A stretch of 57,690 nt of DNA from a bacterium (GTDB lineage: Bacteria; Bacillota; Clostridia; Christensenellales; UBA1242): positions 1 through 57,690 of the forward strand of contig JAILMD010000032.1 in assembly GCA_024692805.1 (NCBI GenBank). The letters run 5' to 3'. Of this stretch, positions 26,396-35,956 are shown in pieces. How positions within the stretch are numbered: the stretch's first letter is position 1; every line of letters begins with the position of its first letter. The translations under genes were made by a program, and so were the position numbers. Under the pieces are notes generated by a model. That model had not been told where the DNA came from, made no database searches, and saw only the letters and a list, made by a program, of their open reading frames with translations.

Positions 26396-27694
26396 ATGAG
26401 TTTATTTGCTAGTGATGTTTTTAAAAAAGTTCCGCTTGCCGAAAGAATGCGCCCAACAAATCTTGATGAATTTTTAGGTCAAAAACATATCGTTGGGCCG
26501 AACACTGCTTTAAGGCGAGTAATTAGCGCTGACAAAATGGGCAGCTGTATTTTTTATGGCCCGCCAGGAACAGGTAAAACAACGCTTGCTGGAATTATTG
26601 CAAAACAAACGAATAGTGACTTTATTGTTTTAAATGCTGTTTCTAGTGGGGTTGGAGAAGCTAAAAAAGCGATTGAACAAGCAAAATATAATCTTGAAAT
26701 GTTTGGTAAAAAAACATATTTCTTACTTGATGAATGTCATAGGTGGAATAAAGCGCAAAGTGATGCTGTTTTAGAGGCTATTGAAAAAGGGTATATCATT
26801 TTTATTGGTTCAACAACTGAAAACCCATTTGTTAGCATGACTCGTGCAATTGTTTCTCGTTGCAGGGTTTTTGAATTTAAACCTTTAACTAAAGAAGATG
26901 TTATCGTTGCCTTAAAACGCGCCTTGGCTGATAAAGAACGTGGGTTTGGTGCGCTTGATATAAATATTAGTGAAGAGGCGATTGATTATTTTGCTAATGC
27001 TAGTTCAGGTGATGCTAGGGTTGCTCTTGGTGCGCTAGAGTTAGCAGTTTTAAGCACTCCTTCAGTTAAAAACAAGATTAAGATTGACCTAAACGTTGCT
27101 AAAGAATGTATGCAGGGCCGAGTTTTAAGCCTTGATGATGATTTGTTTTATGATATGCTCAGTGCTTTTTGTAAGTCGCTTAGGGGAAGCGCTCCTGATG
27201 CTGCGCTTTATTGGGCGCATAGGCTTATTAAGGCGGGGTGTGACCCAATGATAATTTTTAGGCGACTTCTTGCTCACGCAAGCGAAGATGTTGGTCTAGC
27301 TAATAGCAATGCTTTAATGGTTGTAACAAGCGCTATTGTTGCCTTTGAGCATACCGGCATTCCTGAGGGGCTTCTTAACCTTAGCCACGCTATTATTTAT
27401 GTTTGTATGAGCCCTAAATCAAACAGCGTTGTTGTTGCCCAAAATCTAGCGATTGAAGATGTTGAAAAAACTTTTAATGATGCTGTTCCTGGGCATCTTA
27501 AAAACTATAATTACCTTAATGAAAAGCGAGATAAATATAAATATCCTCATAACTATGGCGGTTTTGTTGAACAACAGTATTTGCCTGACCAAATTGCTGA
27601 TCACGTTTACTATAAACCAAGCGAGAATGGAAGCGAAAAGAATATAAAAGTTGCGCCACCATTTATTCAAAAGAAAAAGGGGAAAAATGAATAA
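26396..27694 (+). CDS. rarA: Replication-associated recombination protein A (AAA+ ATPase)
   Basis: RPTNLDEFLGQKHIVG, FYGPPGTGKTTLA and LLDECHRWNKAQSDAVL, plus the MgsA C-terminal domain pattern. Confidence 0.9.
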   Translation: MSLFASDVFKKVPLAERMRPTNLDEFLGQKHIVGPNTALRRVISADKMGSCIFYGPPGTGKTTLAGIIAKQTNSDFIVLNAVSSGVGEAKKAIEQAKYNLEMFGKKTYFLLDECHRWNKAQSDAVLEAIEKGYIIFIGSTTENPFVSMTRAIVSRCRVFEFKPLTKEDVIVALKRALADKERGFGALDINISEEAIDYFANASSGDARVALGALELAVLSTPSVKNKIKIDLNVAKECMQGRVLSLDDDLFYDMLSAFCKSLRGSAPDAALYWAHRLIKAGCDPMIIFRRLLAHASEDVGLANSNALMVVTSAIVAFEHTGIPEGLLNLSHAIIYVCMSPKSNSVVVAQNLAIEDVEKTFNDAVPGHLKNYNYLNEKRDKYKYPHNYGGFVEQQYLPDQIADHVYYKPSENGSEKNIKVAPPFIQKKKGKNE

Positions 27695-28118
27695 ACTGTA
27701 TGTTTTAGTTGGAATACCAGCAAGCGGTAAGTCAACTTACGCTAAAAGCCTTAATAACGTTGCTATTTTTTCAAGTGATGAGATTAGAAAAGAGCTTTTT
27801 GGTGATGAAAAAATTCAAGCAAAAAACTGGTTGGTTTTTAAAACGCTTTATAATCGGGTTAATAACGCACTTAAAACTGGTGACGCTTTAATTGACGCAA
27901 CTAATACAAAACTAGCCGACAGGCAAAAGTTGTTAACAAAAATAACTGAGCCTTGCTTTAAAATTGCCGTTGTTTTTAAAACGCCTGTTGAAGTTTGCAT
28001 TATGCGAGATAAACAGCGCGCTAGAATGGTTGGCGAAGACATAATAAGGCGCTATAACGATGAGTTTGTTATGCCTTCAGTTAACGAAGGGTTTGATGAA
28101 ATAATAATAAAAAACTAG
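27687..28118 (+). CDS. P-loop kinase (AAA_33 / polynucleotide-kinase-like)
   Basis: MNKLYVLVGIPASGKSTYA Walker A at the corrected start (SD GGGGA). It overlaps the rarA stop by 8 nt. Substrate unknown. Confidence 0.6.
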   Translation: MNKLYVLVGIPASGKSTYAKSLNNVAIFSSDEIRKELFGDEKIQAKNWLVFKTLYNRVNNALKTGDALIDATNTKLADRQKLLTKITEPCFKIAVVFKTPVEVCIMRDKQRARMVGEDIIRRYNDEFVMPSVNEGFDEIIIKN

Positions 28119-28126
28119 GGGGAAAG

Positions 28127-30316
28127 ATGGAATCACTAGAAATTAAAAGAGAAACAGATTACCTAAGAAACGTTCTCTATATTCTTGAAAAGAAAATTGA
28201 AGGGAACACTGCCGTTTTAAAAGCAGCAGAAGAAGACATAAGCAAAAACCTTAAATATGCTTGGGATAATCTTATTGATGATTATGAGTGGGCAGAAGTT
28301 AAACTTAACATTAACCGCAAAGAAGCAACTCAAGTTAACGCTAAAAACAGAATTGAAAGTTTTGCAAAAATGTTAAAAAGTGCCTATTTTGCTCGTATTG
28401 ACTTTGATGATGGAAGTGAAGTAACCCCAATTTATATTGGAATTGCAACGCTTAGTGACGGAAACTATTTTTATGTTTATGATTGGCGTGCTCCAATTTC
28501 ATCAATGTTTTATGATTTTGAACTAGGTGAAGCATATTTCGACACCCCAGAAGGCCGAGTTAGTGGAAAAATAACGCTTAAAAGACAATATAAAATTGAG
28601 GGCGATAAAATAACTCAAATTTTTGATACTTCACTTCAAGTTATTGATGAAGTTTTAAAAGAATTGCTTGCAAGCCACGCTTCAAATAAAATGCGTAATA
28701 TCGTAACAACAATTCAAAAAGAGCAAAATAAGATAATAAGAAAACTTGATAGCGATATTATGGTTGTTAGCGGCCCAGCAGGAAGCGGAAAAACAAGTGT
28801 TGCAATGCATAGAGTTGCATACCTATTGTATGCTTATAAAGAGAGTTTATCGCATACTAACGTTTTAATTTTGAGCCCTAATGAAATTTTCTCAAATTAT
28901 GTTAGTGACGTTTTGCCTGAAATTGGTGAAGACAATGTTTATCAAACAACTTTTGAAGACTTTATTGCTGCTTTCCTTAATGAATTTAAAATTAGGGAAC
29001 ATATGAGCGATATATATGAAGTTGTTTATAAAAACACAACTGACATAACAAAACGTAACTCAATAAAACTTAAAATGAGCAATATTTATATTAACCTTAT
29101 TGAAACTTACCTTGCTAAAAACAAGGATAAAATTTTAGGGCTTAATGATATTATTGTTAATGGAAAAGTTGTTATTGATCACGAATTTTTAAACAAGTTT
29201 GCTGAAACGGTTGAGCAAAAAGGCTTAACATTTAAAGAGCAAGAAATTGCCTTAATTGAGAAGATAATGCTTCATCTTGATATTAAGTTTAACCGTGATA
29301 AAGACATTAAAAATAAAGTTAAAAAATCGATGGTGAATGCCTTTAACAAGATTAAGGCGAAAGACCTTTATTTAAGGCTTTTTGAAAACGAAAAAGAGTT
29401 TATAAACCTTGTTCAAACTGTTTATAACGAATGCGGAGTTAACAAAAAAGATAAACTTAACATTAAAGAACTTTCGCTTGTTTTCAGGTTAACCCAAGAT
29501 GAATTAGCAAGGGGAATTTTGCCTTATGAAGATGTTTGCCCTTATCTTTATCTTAAAGATAGGTTCTGTGGCTTTAAAACCCAGAAAAACATTTTGCAAG
29601 TTGTAATAGACGAAGGCCAAGATTATTCAGTTAGCCAATATAGAATTTTATCTCACGTTTTCAAAAACGCTAAAATAACAGTTTTAGGCGATTCTGACCA
29701 ATGCATTTTGCCATATAATACTTATGGAGAAAAAGCTTTTGAAACGATAACAAACATTTTAAAACAAGATAGAGTTGACGCTAAATGTAGTCAAAGTTAT
29801 TTAGCAAAAACATATAGAAGCACAAAACAAATTAACGCTTTCTGTAACGCTCTTTTAGGAAGAAAACCAAACCTCAATCAAGTTGACAGAAATGGTGATG
29901 AAGTTAGCATTATCAAAGATTCATTTAATATTGCAAAATCAAAGATGATTGCTGATGCTAAGGCGTTAAAAACTAAGGAAGCAAGCGTTGCAATTATAAC
30001 AAAAACTGAGGAGCAAGCAACAAAAATTTATAATGCTCTTAAAGAAAGCAAACAAAACCTTTCATTTAAACTTGTTTCAAGGCTTGATAAAGTTTTTGTA
30101 ACGAATAAGATTTTAATAGTTCCAGCATATCTAGCTAAGGGGCTTGAGTTTGATGCTTGCCTTGTTTATGGGGCAGAAAAAAGCGAATATCCTGTTGAAT
30201 TTAGAAATTTATTTTATGTTGCCTGCACGCGTGCGCTTCATAAATTAAACATTTATTACACCAGCGAAATAACGCCATTATTGGAGAAAACAAATGAAAC
30301 AAAATTCAAGATATAA
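28127..30316 (+). CDS. helD: RNA polymerase recycling ATPase HelD (helicase IV-like, UvrD superfamily)
   Basis: YFARIDF...IYIGIA...YDWRAPISSMFYD...NIVTTIQKEQNKIIR...VSGPAGSGKTSVAMHRVAYLLY closely follows the B. subtilis HelD N-terminal and 1A domains as I recall them. Confidence 0.8.
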   Translation: MESLEIKRETDYLRNVLYILEKKIEGNTAVLKAAEEDISKNLKYAWDNLIDDYEWAEVKLNINRKEATQVNAKNRIESFAKMLKSAYFARIDFDDGSEVTPIYIGIATLSDGNYFYVYDWRAPISSMFYDFELGEAYFDTPEGRVSGKITLKRQYKIEGDKITQIFDTSLQVIDEVLKELLASHASNKMRNIVTTIQKEQNKIIRKLDSDIMVVSGPAGSGKTSVAMHRVAYLLYAYKESLSHTNVLILSPNEIFSNYVSDVLPEIGEDNVYQTTFEDFIAAFLNEFKIREHMSDIYEVVYKNTTDITKRNSIKLKMSNIYINLIETYLAKNKDKILGLNDIIVNGKVVIDHEFLNKFAETVEQKGLTFKEQEIALIEKIMLHLDIKFNRDKDIKNKVKKSMVNAFNKIKAKDLYLRLFENEKEFINLVQTVYNECGVNKKDKLNIKELSLVFRLTQDELARGILPYEDVCPYLYLKDRFCGFKTQKNILQVVIDEGQDYSVSQYRILSHVFKNAKITVLGDSDQCILPYNTYGEKAFETITNILKQDRVDAKCSQSYLAKTYRSTKQINAFCNALLGRKPNLNQVDRNGDEVSIIKDSFNIAKSKMIADAKALKTKEASVAIITKTEEQATKIYNALKESKQNLSFKLVSRLDKVFVTNKILIVPAYLAKGLEFDACLVYGAEKSEYPVEFRNLFYVACTRALHKLNIYYTSEITPLLEKTNETKFKI

Positions 30317-31229
30317 TAGCGGTTTAATTTACGCTAGCGTTAACGCAACAAAAGGGGTAACTGATAAGGTTAGCGTTTATAACACTTATGGAATTCCAAC
30401 AACAAGGCAAACCTTTGTTAAAACACTTTATCACGAAAAGCGTTTTAAAGTTATTTGGTTTAGTTTTATAATTTTAAGCCTTATAGCGTGCTTAATCATT
30501 TCGCCAAGTAGTTACCTTTATTGCGCCGAACTATTGATTACGGCTTTAAGCATTCATCTTATTGGCGAAGCAAAATTAATTGGCCAAGTTTTTGCTTTGA
30601 TTGAATGTTTCCTTTACGCTTATATAAGTTATAAGAATAAACTATTTGGTGAGTCAATAAAATCACTCTGCATTAATCTTCCGCTTATAACTTTTGCTTT
30701 AATTAGCTGGTCAAAAAGCTTCAAAAAACAGGGGAATAAGGGAATTAAGATTAATGAATTAACACCTAAAAAATGGGCTATTATTGGGCTCGTTTTCGTT
30801 GTTTTATGTGTTGCTTGTTATTTCTTATTAGGGCTTATTGGAACGAGCGTTTTAGTTCTTTCTTCAATAACTTTTTCAATTTCTGTTGTTTGTAAATATT
30901 TAACGGCAAAAGCATATAAAGAATCATGGTTTTTAACCATCATTCAAAGCGTTATAGCCTTTTCACTTTGGGTTTATATGTTTATTGAAAACATATTGTT
31001 AAACTCAGCCGACTTAGCAACTTTGCCAATTCTGTTTATGTATATGGCAATTATGAGTAATGCTGTTTATTCATTTATTCTTTGGCAGGCAATGTTTAAA
31101 AAAGAGAAGAAGCCAACAGGCCAACTTTTTGCAATGAGAGAGATTAAGGTTAATAAGATTATTAAACTTAGAAAAAGATATTCAAATCTTTATTGGGATA
31201 AAAAGGTTGATATATCTAAAAATAGTTAA
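30294..31229 (+). CDS. Multi-pass membrane protein, PnuC-like (nicotinamide riboside transporter family?)
   Basis: About 8 TM helices. YLTAKAYKESWFLTIIQSVIAFSLWVYMF and SNAVYSFILW resemble conserved PnuC motifs. The SD lies inside the helD 3' end (23-nt overlap). Confidence 0.45.
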   Translation: MKQNSRYNSGLIYASVNATKGVTDKVSVYNTYGIPTTRQTFVKTLYHEKRFKVIWFSFIILSLIACLIISPSSYLYCAELLITALSIHLIGEAKLIGQVFALIECFLYAYISYKNKLFGESIKSLCINLPLITFALISWSKSFKKQGNKGIKINELTPKKWAIIGLVFVVLCVACYFLLGLIGTSVLVLSSITFSISVVCKYLTAKAYKESWFLTIIQSVIAFSLWVYMFIENILLNSADLATLPILFMYMAIMSNAVYSFILWQAMFKKEKKPTGQLFAMREIKVNKIIKLRKRYSNLYWDKKVDISKNS

Positions 31230-31234
31230 TTAGT

Positions 31235-31263
31235 TTGACAAAATAAAACAATATCTATAAAAT
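31235..31263 (+). promoter_or_regulatory. SigA-type promoter
   Basis: TTGACA, 17 nt, TAAAAT. Confidence 0.55.
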
Positions 31264-31280
31264 CAGTATAGGAGAAAAAT

Positions 31281-31889
31281 ATGAGTTCAAAAAAGGTTGT
31301 TGGGTTTTTAATTGCAACTGGAACGCTTTTGATTGTCAGTTTGGTAATAACGTTTACCCTTATTTTGCCAAACCATTTTAACACTAAAGTTAATGAGGTT
31401 TTAGCTTATTCATTTAACGTTGGTGGCGAAAATGATTCAACGATTAGTGAAATGGCAACAGACAAATTATCTCTTACTAAATCAATAGTTTTTTCTCCAA
31501 CTAAATCTGTTGAGTGGAGTGATGGATTTGTTTGTTACGGCAACACCATTGATGATGGCGTTGAATATAGTAACACTCAAACTTCAAAATATGTTTGCGC
31601 AATTCCATTTACAGTTTCTAACTGCAAAGAAACTGAAATTAAGTTTAAGGTTGAAGTTATGTTAAGCGGAGCCCTTCAAGATTCAGTTTCATATAAGGTT
31701 TATGATTATGTTGATAAAAAATATAAATCACTTAATGAAATAAATATTGGTTATTATGAGTTTGAAAGCAGTGAAATAAGCAGGCTTGAATCAAATTCAT
31801 CAAAGAGTTTTTGCTTGGTTTGTTATGCCGAAGGTGATGGCGGAGAACTTAGCGAAAAATCAAACATTAATATTCAAATTAGTTGTTAA
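31281..31889 (+). CDS. N-terminally anchored or secreted hypothetical protein
   Basis: 202 aa. N-terminal MSSKKVVGFLIATGTLLIVSLVITF hydrophobic segment. Beta-rich. Confidence 0.5.
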   Translation: MSSKKVVGFLIATGTLLIVSLVITFTLILPNHFNTKVNEVLAYSFNVGGENDSTISEMATDKLSLTKSIVFSPTKSVEWSDGFVCYGNTIDDGVEYSNTQTSKYVCAIPFTVSNCKETEIKFKVEVMLSGALQDSVSYKVYDYVDKKYKSLNEINIGYYEFESSEISRLESNSSKSFCLVCYAEGDGGELSEKSNINIQISC

Positions 31890-31921
31890 AAAAAAACTCG
31901 CTATGAAGCGAGTTTTTTATT
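31889..31921. terminator. Bidirectional intrinsic terminator between convergent genes
   Basis: A-run, ACTCGC/GCGAGT stem, T-run. Confidence 0.7.
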
Positions 31922-31928
31922 TTTTTAA

Positions 31929-32657
31929 TTAAACTAGGGGAGTTATGTTTTCGAAAATGATGTTATCGCAATAAGGTTTAACTCTAGCTAGTTCATCATC
32001 ATTTCTAACACACCATGCAATAACAGGAAGTTCTTTAAATTTTTTAACATAGCGGTTTGGTAAGTTATCTGTTTTATAGGCAATAAAGTTAGGCTCACTA
32101 ACTTTTTTATTATATTTCATCTTTTTATAGAATTGGCGTTTAAAGAAGCCCATATCACTGTTTTCCATAAATGAAGCAATTTGACCTCTTTTTACTTGAG
32201 GGGCATAAGTTTTAAACCATTCAAGAGAGAAGGGGTTAAAGCTTTCAACAGCATATTCGCCTTTATAACCTTCAAGGGCTTTTAGAGTTGCCTTCTCAAT
32301 TTCGCCAACCTTACCCATATTTTTAATTTCAATTAAAACGGGAGTTTTCCCATCAATTAAAGATAGGGCATCTTTAAGGGTTGGAATTTTTTCTTTACTT
32401 TTTTCAAGTTTCAAATCTTTAATATCGTCAATTGTTAAATTAGCAAGATATCCATCACGCCCAGTCATTCTTCCAAGAGTTTCATCGTGGAAAACAACAA
32501 CGGTTCCATCACTAAGCATTCTAACATCAAGTTCAATGGCATATCCGTTTTCAATTGCATTAGAAAAAGCAGCTAAGCTATTTTCTGGCACATTTTCAGA
32601 GTGAAGCCCGCGGTGAGCAATAGGTTTTGTTGCTATCCAAGTTTCAAAAATATTCAT
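31929..32657 (-). CDS. glpQ: Glycerophosphodiester phosphodiesterase
   Basis: IAHRGLHSENVPENSL...AIELDVRMLSDGTVVVFHDETL (GDPD motifs). Start moved to the MNIFETW Met, which has a GGAGA SD. Confidence 0.85.
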   Translation of the reverse strand: MNIFETWIATKPIAHRGLHSENVPENSLAAFSNAIENGYAIELDVRMLSDGTVVVFHDETLGRMTGRDGYLANLTIDDIKDLKLEKSKEKIPTLKDALSLIDGKTPVLIEIKNMGKVGEIEKATLKALEGYKGEYAVESFNPFSLEWFKTYAPQVKRGQIASFMENSDMGFFKRQFYKKMKYNKKVSEPNFIAYKTDNLPNRYVKKFKELPVIAWCVRNDDELARVKPYCDNIIFENITPLV

Positions 32658-32802
32658 ATTTTTCTCCAAAACAAAAAGTGCGAAATCACAATGTTTCACT
32701 TATTACTATACAACAAATTTTATGTTTTTTCTACTAAAATTAAAACATTTTTCTAAATTTTTATAAAAAAAGGCCAAAATTAGCGTATTCTGGCTCAAAA
32801 AC

Positions 32803-32831
32803 TTGATTAAATTATTTAAAATATATAAAAT
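32803..32831 (+). promoter_or_regulatory. SigA-type promoter of lepA
   Basis: TTGATT, 17 nt, TAAAAT. Confidence 0.5.
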
Positions 32832-32846
32832 AAAGTTGGAGAAAAA

Positions 32847-34643
32847 ATGGCTAAAGATTTATCTAAAATTCGTAATTTTTCAATTATCGCTCATATTGAT
32901 CACGGCAAAAGCACTCTTGCTGACAGAATAATGGAAGAAACAGGGCTTATTAGTTTGCGTGAGAAAAAAGACCAACTTCTTGACAGCATGGATCTTGAGC
33001 GAGAAAAGGGAATAACAATAAAACTTGCCCCCGTAACAATGAAATATAACTATAAGGGCAGTGAATTTATTCTCAATTTAATTGACACCCCGGGGCATGT
33101 TGACTTTACTTATGAAGTTAGTAGGTCGCTTGCTGCTTGTGAGGGCGCTGTTTTAGTTGTTGACGCAAGCCAAGGCGTTGAAGCGCAAACGATAGCAAAC
33201 GTTTATCTTGCATTAGATAATAATCTAGAAATATTGCCTGTTATTAACAAAATTGATCTTCCAAGCGCAAGGCCAGAAGAAGTTAAAAAAGAAATTAACG
33301 ATATTATCGGAATTGACGCAACAAATGCTCCTTTAATTAGTGCTAAAATGGGTATAAATATTGCTAGCGTTATTGAAGACGTTATTGATAATGTGCCTGC
33401 TCCTAAGGGCGACCCTAATGCTCCTTTAAAAGCCTTAATTTTTGATAGTTATTATGACAGTTACAAGGGTGCAGTTTGTTTAGTTAGAGTTGTTGATGGT
33501 GAAGCGAAGGTTGGAATGAAAATAAGAATGCTTCAAACCGATAAAGAGTTTGTTATAACCGAAGTCGGTGTTTTCACTCCTCAAGCAAGCGAAAGGGAAA
33601 GCCTTTCTGCTGGCGAAGTTGGTTATATTAGCGCAAGCATTAAATCTGTTAGCGATATTAAAGTTGGTGACACTATCGCCCTTGACGGAGCTCCTGTTAA
33701 AGCGCTTAGCGGATATAAAAATGTTTTGCCTGTAGTTTTTAGTGGGATTTTTCCGGTTGATGGCTCGAAATATAATCTTTTAAAAGATGCTCTTATGAAA
33801 CTGAAACTTAGTGACGCCTCTCTTGAATTTCAGCCTGAAACAAGTTCGGCTTTGGGGTTTGGTTTTAGGTGTGGCTTTTTAGGGCTTCTTCATATGGAAG
33901 TTATAACCGAGCGCCTTGAAAGAGAGTTTGACCTTGATATTATTGCAACGGCGCCAAGCGTTACATATAAAGTAACAAAAACAAATGGGGAAGTTGTTTT
34001 TGTTTCAAACCCAACAAATATGCCAAGTGTTCAGGAAATAGCAAAAATTGAAGAGCCTAAAATTAACGCTTCAATATTTACTCCGCCTGAGTATGTTGGC
34101 GCTATTATGGATCTTGCAACTAACAAACGTGGCGACTTTATTGATTTAGTTTATCTTGACCCAAAGCGAGTTAAAATGAATTATGTTTTACCGCTCGGCG
34201 AAATAGTTTATGACTTTTTTGATAATCTTAAAAGCCGAACTCATGGTTACGCTAGTTTTGACTATTCGCTTAATGGTTATGCTGAAAGCGATATGGTTAA
34301 GTTAGATATATTGCTTAACGGCGAAATTTGTGATGCGCTTAGTTTGCTTGTTCATAGAGATAAAGCGTATGAAAGAGGCAGACAAATAACTGAGAAGCTT
34401 AAAGACGTTATTCCGCGCCAACTTTTTGAAATTCCAATTCAGGCCGCAATCGGCAATAAAGTTATTGCACGTGAAACTGTTAAAGCGCTAAGAAAAGATG
34501 TTATTGCTAAATGTTATGGCGGTGATATTTCAAGAAAAAGAAAGCTTCTTGAAAAACAAAAAGAAGGTAAGAAAAAAATGAGAAAACTTGGCTCAGTTGA
34601 ACTTCCTAGCGAAGCCTTCTTAACTATTCTTAAAATAGACTAG
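32847..34643 (+). CDS. lepA: Translation elongation factor 4
   Basis: [32 protein letters not shown] and the LepA C-terminal domain. Confidence 0.95.
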   Translation: MAKDLSKIRNFSIIAHIDHGKSTLADRIMEETGLISLREKKDQLLDSMDLEREKGITIKLAPVTMKYNYKGSEFILNLIDTPGHVDFTYEVSRSLAACEGAVLVVDASQGVEAQTIANVYLALDNNLEILPVINKIDLPSARPEEVKKEINDIIGIDATNAPLISAKMGINIASVIEDVIDNVPAPKGDPNAPLKALIFDSYYDSYKGAVCLVRVVDGEAKVGMKIRMLQTDKEFVITEVGVFTPQASERESLSAGEVGYISASIKSVSDIKVGDTIALDGAPVKALSGYKNVLPVVFSGIFPVDGSKYNLLKDALMKLKLSDASLEFQPETSSALGFGFRCGFLGLLHMEVITERLEREFDLDIIATAPSVTYKVTKTNGEVVFVSNPTNMPSVQEIAKIEEPKINASIFTPPEYVGAIMDLATNKRGDFIDLVYLDPKRVKMNYVLPLGEIVYDFFDNLKSRTHGYASFDYSLNGYAESDMVKLDILLNGEICDALSLLVHRDKAYERGRQITEKLKDVIPRQLFEIPIQAAIGNKVIARETVKALRKDVIAKCYGGDISRKRKLLEKQKEGKKKMRKLGSVELPSEAFLTILKID

Positions 34644-34645
34644 TA

Positions 34646-34674
34646 TTGACAAAATTGAGTTTTTTTGTTAAAAT
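34646..34674 (+). promoter_or_regulatory. SigA-type promoter (extended -10)
   Basis: TTGACA, 17 nt (ending TGT), TAAAAT. Confidence 0.6.
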
Positions 34675-34696
34675 ATAATCAGATTAAGGAGTTGTT

Positions 34697-35830
34697 ATGA
34701 AAAGATATACAAAAGTTCGTCTTGCCGCTGCTTTAATTGCTCTTAATACAGCTTTTTCAGCGCCAATGGTTATGGCTGCTAATAATGTTAATCAAGCAAA
34801 GCCTCCTCAAGTTAAAGAGGCAAGCGCTTATAATTATGTTTTAACAAAAGCTGAAAGTGGAAAAAGAAGCGAAATTGTTGATTATAAAAAATATTGTGAC
34901 GATATCTTATTCTTTGAAGATGAATTAAGAAACGGAAGCCTTAAAGGCCTAATTGATGATTTTGACTATATTATTCCAGAAGAGTTATCTTATTCATATT
35001 TTGGCTTCCATGCATTTAAAGACGGCGAAGAAACAAGTTATATTTTTGACTTGTCTAGCTCTGCTCTTGGCAGCTATGCTTTAACTCATGATTTTCAAAT
35101 GGATCTTCATGAAGTAACAAACGCAATGAGAGAAGGCAAATTAAGCAAATCAAACTTCAATATGTGCTATAAAACCAGCGACCTAGATAGATACATTTAT
35201 AATTTAGCGAAAGATAAGGTTAAAGAAAAGATTAACGCAAATAGCGAGATACAAGGTTATTTAAATAACGGTTATGAATTATTTATTTTACCAAATATAA
35301 GTATCCCTAGTATCAGATTTAGTTTAGATGAATATAAAAATAATTCTAAAGTATCTTTAGTTGATTTATTTGATGGGTTTTTATCGTGGCAAATTGGAAA
35401 AGAAGATGGCAAATATGTTATGATTGTTGATCCAAAGTTAGATATAAAATTAGTAAAAAATGGGTCAACTTTAGACTATTTATTCTCTTTGCGACAAACA
35501 TATGATTTTGATGATAATAAAGGAGAAGTAAAAAGTTTAATTGATAGTCTTCAATCGCCTAAACAATTTTTAAAGGCATATAATATAAAGGAGTCCAAAA
35601 TTTTAACGCAGTACAATGATTATATAGTATATGTTACAAATTCTATCTCAGATTTATTCAACAAGGTTAGTATTGAAGATATTAAAAACCAATCAATTAG
35701 CATGAGTTTTTATAGACAATCTTTAGGTAAAATTAAAGATATCCCCGAATTTAATTATTTCAACTATTCTCTTGGACGACTTGATGATTCAACTTATGAA
35801 AAATATATCGGCGAAGAAATGGGGAAATAG
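34697..35830 (+). CDS. Secreted hypothetical protein
   Basis: 377 aa with a Sec-type signal peptide (KVRLAAALIALNTAFSAPMVMAANN). Own promoter, SD and terminator. Confidence 0.6.
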   Translation: MKRYTKVRLAAALIALNTAFSAPMVMAANNVNQAKPPQVKEASAYNYVLTKAESGKRSEIVDYKKYCDDILFFEDELRNGSLKGLIDDFDYIIPEELSYSYFGFHAFKDGEETSYIFDLSSSALGSYALTHDFQMDLHEVTNAMREGKLSKSNFNMCYKTSDLDRYIYNLAKDKVKEKINANSEIQGYLNNGYELFILPNISIPSIRFSLDEYKNNSKVSLVDLFDGFLSWQIGKEDGKYVMIVDPKLDIKLVKNGSTLDYLFSLRQTYDFDDNKGEVKSLIDSLQSPKQFLKAYNIKESKILTQYNDYIVYVTNSISDLFNKVSIEDIKNQSISMSFYRQSLGKIKDIPEFNYFNYSLGRLDDSTYEKYIGEEMGK

Positions 35831-35872
35831 TTTCGTTTAACTTAAAACGTAAATAATTAAATAATCAAAATT

Positions 35873-35899
35873 AAGCATAACAATTTGTTATGCTTTTTT
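35873..35899 (+). terminator. Intrinsic terminator
   Basis: AAGCATAACA/TGTTATGCTT 10-bp stem followed by a T-run. Confidence 0.75.
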
Positions 35900-35920
35900 A
35901 TTAACTAAAAAGGCTCCATA

Positions 35921-35950
35921 TTGACAAAATAGAGTTTGTTATGTTAAAAT
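35921..35950 (+). promoter_or_regulatory. SigA-type promoter of hemW (leaderless geometry)
   Basis: TTGACA, 18 nt (TGT), TAAAAT. The ATG begins 7 nt after the -10. No SD. Confidence 0.55.
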
Positions 35951-35956
35951 TTTAGT

